In this document: positions 49,301 through 51,981 of the stretch, one piece after another
Position numbering within the stretch: position 1 is the first letter of the stretch
Layout: the number at the start of each line of letters is the position of its first letter
NCBI GenBank assembly: GCA_964007735.1
Contig: CAXGAI010000032.1
Span: forward strand, 1 to 51,981
Reading direction: 5' to 3'
DNA length: 51,981 nucleotides
From: an uncultured Rhodopirellula sp.
Lineage (GTDB): Bacteria > Planctomycetota > Planctomycetia > Pirellulales > Pirellulaceae
Position numbers and translations under genes: made by a program
The notes under the pieces: generated by a model
The model's database searches: none
Told to the model about the DNA's origin: nothing
Seen by the model: the letters and a program-made list of their open reading frames with translations, nothing else

Positions 49301-49435
49301 TGGACCGGCAACGCGTTCGACGGTCATTCCGTCAGGGACCGTGAAGGTTTGGCCATCCAGCGTGACTTCCGCAGCTTGAAGAGGGGCTGCCAACAAACAA
49401 AACAGAATTACAGGTGCGGCGAAGCGATCGATCAT
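46346..49435 (-). CDS. PVC-type haem-binding CxxCH protein (putative membrane-bound dehydrogenase with HEAT repeats)
   Basis: FTVPDG..VAGPPLV, DTDNDGIFDK, GPDGFLY, FHPTDV, HEAT-like helical region, CTACH, VGPDL, SIMPAGL. Confidence 0.92.
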   Translation of the reverse strand: MIDRFAAPVILFCLLAAPLQAAEVTLDGQTFTVPDGMTVERVAGPPLVDRPIHADFDEQGRLYVLDSSGSSANGPEQLKEKSHRIRQLTDTDNDGIFDKSTVFADKFMFPEGACWHDGSLYVAAPPEIWKLTDSDEDGIADRREVWFDGKTLTGCANDLHGPYLGPDGFLYWAKGAFAEQDHELINGDSLNTRAAHLFRRHPAGGPIGNIMTGGMDNPVEIVFTPGGERVFTTTFLEHPQEGKRDGLIHAVYGGVYGKDHGVLNGVPRTGTLMPALVHQGASAPCGLARLETAHLGKSYRNNIFSCSFNKHRVFRHQIGNDGGMLTSVNSDFLVSDSPDFHPTDVFEDADGSVLVINTGGWYKICCPTSQFYRPEILGAIYRVRKVGSHDVTDPRGKTIEWNSLPAQRLVPLLGDQRFAVRNKARKILGEMGANSVDSLRIALSETDDAQHRLQIVWALCQNQTDAARVAIHTALDDVNETVVHAALHSISLHLDKSAATEIRGRFLDFSNYNKRIAAECLGRIGSPMDVPMLLNTLTTNIDRMLEHSLIYAAIEIGDSDPIKTLVNSSNDATTRGALIALDQTPNGNLRPELAINAIQSNNVKMQETGWWLIANHPDWAAFLTNYFSQHVRDKQIEGKQRQQLLQRLTQYIDTPEILRLAGELLRTGDPSTQAFVLEAIGNTKLASVPDSIKDGVLRGLASTDPTALSLAIHAATAIRGDKLNDTLQVRLLAIYQDKTNPAEVRLAAFSAIPPTTRPLNADTLSDIRRFAEASQPLPLQSLTVDLLVTSPWPTAQWREIPQVIGTLGSIHLRRVVTTLAKTKEPQTALNTLSALAKAPAATTLNPEEVQQLFEPLGDEVFARTAPLIERIKAENQERIARIDQLLKNIETGDVTRGQKVFHSAKAACTACHRIAYLGGRVGPDLTRIGQIRTERDLLEAVLFPSASFVQSFEPVSIITADGQVYSGVIRDDNGHTIVLQVDAQKQIRLLHSEIEEQRSSPTSIMPAGLDKHLSDQQLIDLIKFLKASQ

Positions 49436-49471
49436 GGTTCAAATTATTAAAAAACAGTGTGTTTCGGTATG

Positions 49472-49495
49472 CTTATAACTAAACATAGTTATAAG
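49472..49495. promoter_or_regulatory. perfect 10-bp inverted repeat in divergent promoter, candidate operator
   Basis: CTTATAACTA-aaca-TAGTTATAAG in the 86-bp gap between divergent starts 49435 and 49522. Confidence 0.5.
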
Positions 49496-49521
49496 TTATT
49501 TGGATTTAGGTAACAGCAAAA

Positions 49522-50376
49522 ATGAACAGGACTCTCGTGGCGCTTGTGGTGGGGATATTATTAGTCCCTGTCGATCGTTTGGAATCCGACGCAATACGTC
49601 GAAACTCTATGATGGAATTCGTGGACGGAGTTAAGCAGGTTATTGCACATCGAGGAGCTAGCACTGAACGACCGGAGTGTACACAGGCTGCAATAGAACG
49701 AGCCATTCAAACCGGTGCTACAGCCGTCGAAGTAGATATTCGTTCGACAAAGGATGGAGCTCTGGTCATTATGCACGACAGCACCGTTGACCGGACCACG
49801 AATGGGGTCGGTAAAGTCGGTGAAATGACACTAGCGGAGATACGTGAACTGGACGCAGGTAGTTGGTTTCATCGCAGGTACCGCTGGCAAAAGGTGCCTA
49901 CTCTGCGTGAGGTTCTGGAACGTTGTAAAGGACGTATTGACGTCGTGCTGGACTTAAAAGAAGACAGTGACGAATATCGCCAACAGGTCGTTGTGGAAGT
50001 GAAAAAGTACGGGGACTCGTCCCAGATGATTATTGGTGTTCGCAGTATGGAACACATTAAAACGTTTAGTGAACTATTGCCCGAAGCAAAATTGCTGGGG
50101 CTCATAAGTCATCCCCGTGAAATCGAAGAGTTCGTTGAGAACGGTGTTAAGATGATTCGATTGTGGCCTAAATGGTTTGATGAATTTGAAGAGGATTTGG
50201 TTCAACGTGTCCGAATGGCAGGCGCGTCGATTCATTTGAATGGAACGTTAGGGGCAATCGAGGAGACCTACGCTCTTCTGAAACATTCACCAGTTTCGCT
50301 ATCTTCGGACGATCCAAAGCAATTGAATCGGTCATTAAGAAGGATTAAGTATGGGGTGAGTCCCGCCCGTCCCTGA
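49522..50376 (+). CDS. glycerophosphodiester phosphodiesterase family protein
   Basis: IAHRGAS, EVDIR, VIMHD..DRTTNG, LDAGSWF, VPTL, DLK. Confidence 0.92.
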   Translation: MNRTLVALVVGILLVPVDRLESDAIRRNSMMEFVDGVKQVIAHRGASTERPECTQAAIERAIQTGATAVEVDIRSTKDGALVIMHDSTVDRTTNGVGKVGEMTLAEIRELDAGSWFHRRYRWQKVPTLREVLERCKGRIDVVLDLKEDSDEYRQQVVVEVKKYGDSSQMIIGVRSMEHIKTFSELLPEAKLLGLISHPREIEEFVENGVKMIRLWPKWFDEFEEDLVQRVRMAGASIHLNGTLGAIEETYALLKHSPVSLSSDDPKQLNRSLRRIKYGVSPARP

Positions 50377-50417
50377 AATGACAACGTCTGCTGGCGGGGA
50401 GGTCGGGAACAGTCAAG

Positions 50418-51356
50418 ATGAGGAAAATGATGATGTTGCGTAACGACAATATGAAACGGGCGATGTTACTGACTCTGGCGTTGTTTGTTGTGGTTCCGGT
50501 TAATGCTTCGGCAGCAGTCCCGGAGGAAACAAAACTCTATGAATTGGCGGCTGGCGTTTATTTCCGAAAGTGTCAGACGAAACCGGAGTTTCTGGGCTGT
50601 AATCAGGGTTGGGTGATCTTTAAAGACTTTGTTCTGGTAATCGATGCCAACTTCCCGAATCAAGCCGAAGAAGTGGTTGCGCTGATCCGTAGTCAAACGG
50701 ATAAGCCGATTAAATATATTTTTGATACGCATCATCACGGTGATCATGCTGATGGAAATATAATTTATAAAGAAATTGGTGCAGTACCAATCGCCTCTGA
50801 ACGTACCAAGCCACTGTTTCAAACATTAGGACTCGAAGGCTTCGAAACTAGCAAGAAAGAGAAGCCGGACGAGTACGGGGACTTGGCTTATAAACTTCCG
50901 GAAATTTATTTCCCCCGGAAAATGGTATTTGATGATGGTGAAATGCGGGTCGAACTGTTGCACTTTGGACATGCCCACACCGGAGGGGATGCCGTTGCCT
51001 GGTTACCGAAACAGGGGATTTTGTTTACCGGCGACTGCATTGTAAACGGGGCATTCAACTTTACAGGCAATAGTGATACGGCCAGTTGGATTAATGTTAT
51101 TGATCAAATCAAAAAGTTGCCCGTAAAGACACTTGCACCTGGCCACGGAGAATTAGGCGACATGAGTACCATTAAGACTCAGCAGCGCTATTTTGTCGAG
51201 TTGCGAAAAGAAATCGCAGGCTTCATCCGGAAAGGTCGAACGCTGGAAGAAATCAAAATGGAAGTGAAGTTGCCCTGGTATAAGAAGTGGACCGGAGTGG
51301 ATATTCTCGAACGCGAAGAGAATATAGAACATGTTTACGGTGAACTTACCAGGTGA
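50418..51356 (+). CDS. exported MBL-fold metallo-hydrolase (cyclase-like)
   Basis: THHHGDHADG, AHTGGD, FTGD, PGHG; signal peptide suggests the start may be ATG 50451. Confidence 0.9.
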   Translation: MRKMMMLRNDNMKRAMLLTLALFVVVPVNASAAVPEETKLYELAAGVYFRKCQTKPEFLGCNQGWVIFKDFVLVIDANFPNQAEEVVALIRSQTDKPIKYIFDTHHHGDHADGNIIYKEIGAVPIASERTKPLFQTLGLEGFETSKKEKPDEYGDLAYKLPEIYFPRKMVFDDGEMRVELLHFGHAHTGGDAVAWLPKQGILFTGDCIVNGAFNFTGNSDTASWINVIDQIKKLPVKTLAPGHGELGDMSTIKTQQRYFVELRKEIAGFIRKGRTLEEIKMEVKLPWYKKWTGVDILEREENIEHVYGELTR

Positions 51357-51377
51357 GATTGCAGCCACCGATCGGCT

Positions 51378-51981
51378 CTACCAGTTTATGTAAGACCCAT
51401 CATCCCGTTGGAGTCTGGGAGCGTCGCCTGGAGTCGGTGGGTATTGTCTGGCGGCCTCGGGGTTAAATTCGATGCCTAGTCCCGGAGCGTCGGTTGGATA
51501 GAAGAACCCGTCTTCCCAGGCAGCTTGTGTGGGAAACATTTCAGGCAAAATGGTTCCCGGCGGGCGGGCACATTCTTGAACCCCGAAGTTACTGGTTGCC
51601 AAATCCATATGAATGCAGGCGGCGGTGGCGACCGGCCCGAGAGGATTGTGGGGCGCAATGGGAATGTAGTGAGACTCACACATCGCAGCAATTTTACGTG
51701 CTTCGGTAAAACCACCGGCTACGCAAAGATCCAGTCGACAAAAATCAAACCAATTGTTCTCGATTAGCGGTACGAACTCCCACTTCGAAGAGAATTGCTC
51801 GCCCATGGCGATCGGAACGCTCGTTGTTTCGCGAAGGCGTTGTACCACGGAGGCATTTTCCACCCGTACCGGATCCTCAATAAAGTATAAATTGTACGGT
51901 TCCAATTGGTTGCATAGTGAAATTGCATCATTTGGATCCAGTCTTGTATGGATATCCAGAATGATTTCAAGATCGTCGCCC
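51378..51981 (-). CDS. mandelate racemase-subgroup acid-sugar dehydratase (galactonate dehydratase-like), 5'-truncated by the window
   Basis: Frame is open to the window end (GDDLEIILDIHTRL...), then FIEDP, AMGE, RLD, APHNPLGP, PGLGIE. Confidence 0.9.
   Translation of the reverse strand, partial: GDDLEIILDIHTRLDPNDAISLCNQLEPYNLYFIEDPVRVENASVVQRLRETTSVPIAMGEQFSSKWEFVPLIENNWFDFCRLDLCVAGGFTEARKIAAMCESHYIPIAPHNPLGPVATAACIHMDLATSNFGVQECARPPGTILPEMFPTQAAWEDGFFYPTDAPGLGIEFNPEAARQYPPTPGDAPRLQRDDGSYINW

Noticed and set aside
49466..49500. Resemblance of the palindrome to a dif/Xer or lox-type recombination site
   Set aside because: Spacer length and arms do not fit the 11-6-11 dif layout, there is no TTATGTTAAAT-like XerD arm, and no recombinase is nearby.
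51378..51981. Gene symbol dgoD
   Set aside because: Only the C-terminal part is visible; specificity in this superfamily cannot be read from these motifs.
1..51981. CRISPR arrays, tRNA/rRNA genes, IS elements, prophage
   Set aside because: No regularly spaced repeats, cloverleaf/T-loop signatures, or transposase/integrase/phage ORFs seen by eye; small RNAs cannot be fully excluded without Infernal or tRNAscan.

Overview
Gene-dense chromosomal window, most likely from a Planctomycetota bacterium (Pirellulaceae-like). The evidence is three proteins with the planctomycete LE(P/N)RxxL N-terminal motif, two DUF1549/DUF1553 + DUF1501 cassettes, PVC-type haem-binding dehydrogenases and three sulfatases. 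There are about 32 credible CDS, two of them cut by the window edges. Most are carbohydrate/sulfate catabolic enzymes or secreted/periplasmic proteins. I saw no tRNA, rRNA, CRISPR array, transposase, integrase or phage gene. The least-explained elements are: (i) a tandem pair of membrane-anchored paralogues (23630-26947) sharing an unrecognised ~115-aa N-terminal domain; (ii) a 1025-aa fusion that appears to be [TM-GIDE-TM-LemA]x2-TerB-TerB (4120-7197); (iii) a divergent PfkB kinase / class I aldolase-like pair; (iv) dockerin-bearing secreted proteins, including a subtilisin with no apparent propeptide; (v) a His-rich MacB-type ABC cluster with two uncharacterised exported proteins; and (vi) several palindromic operator-like sites. 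All domain calls come from motif recognition by eye; no database search was run.
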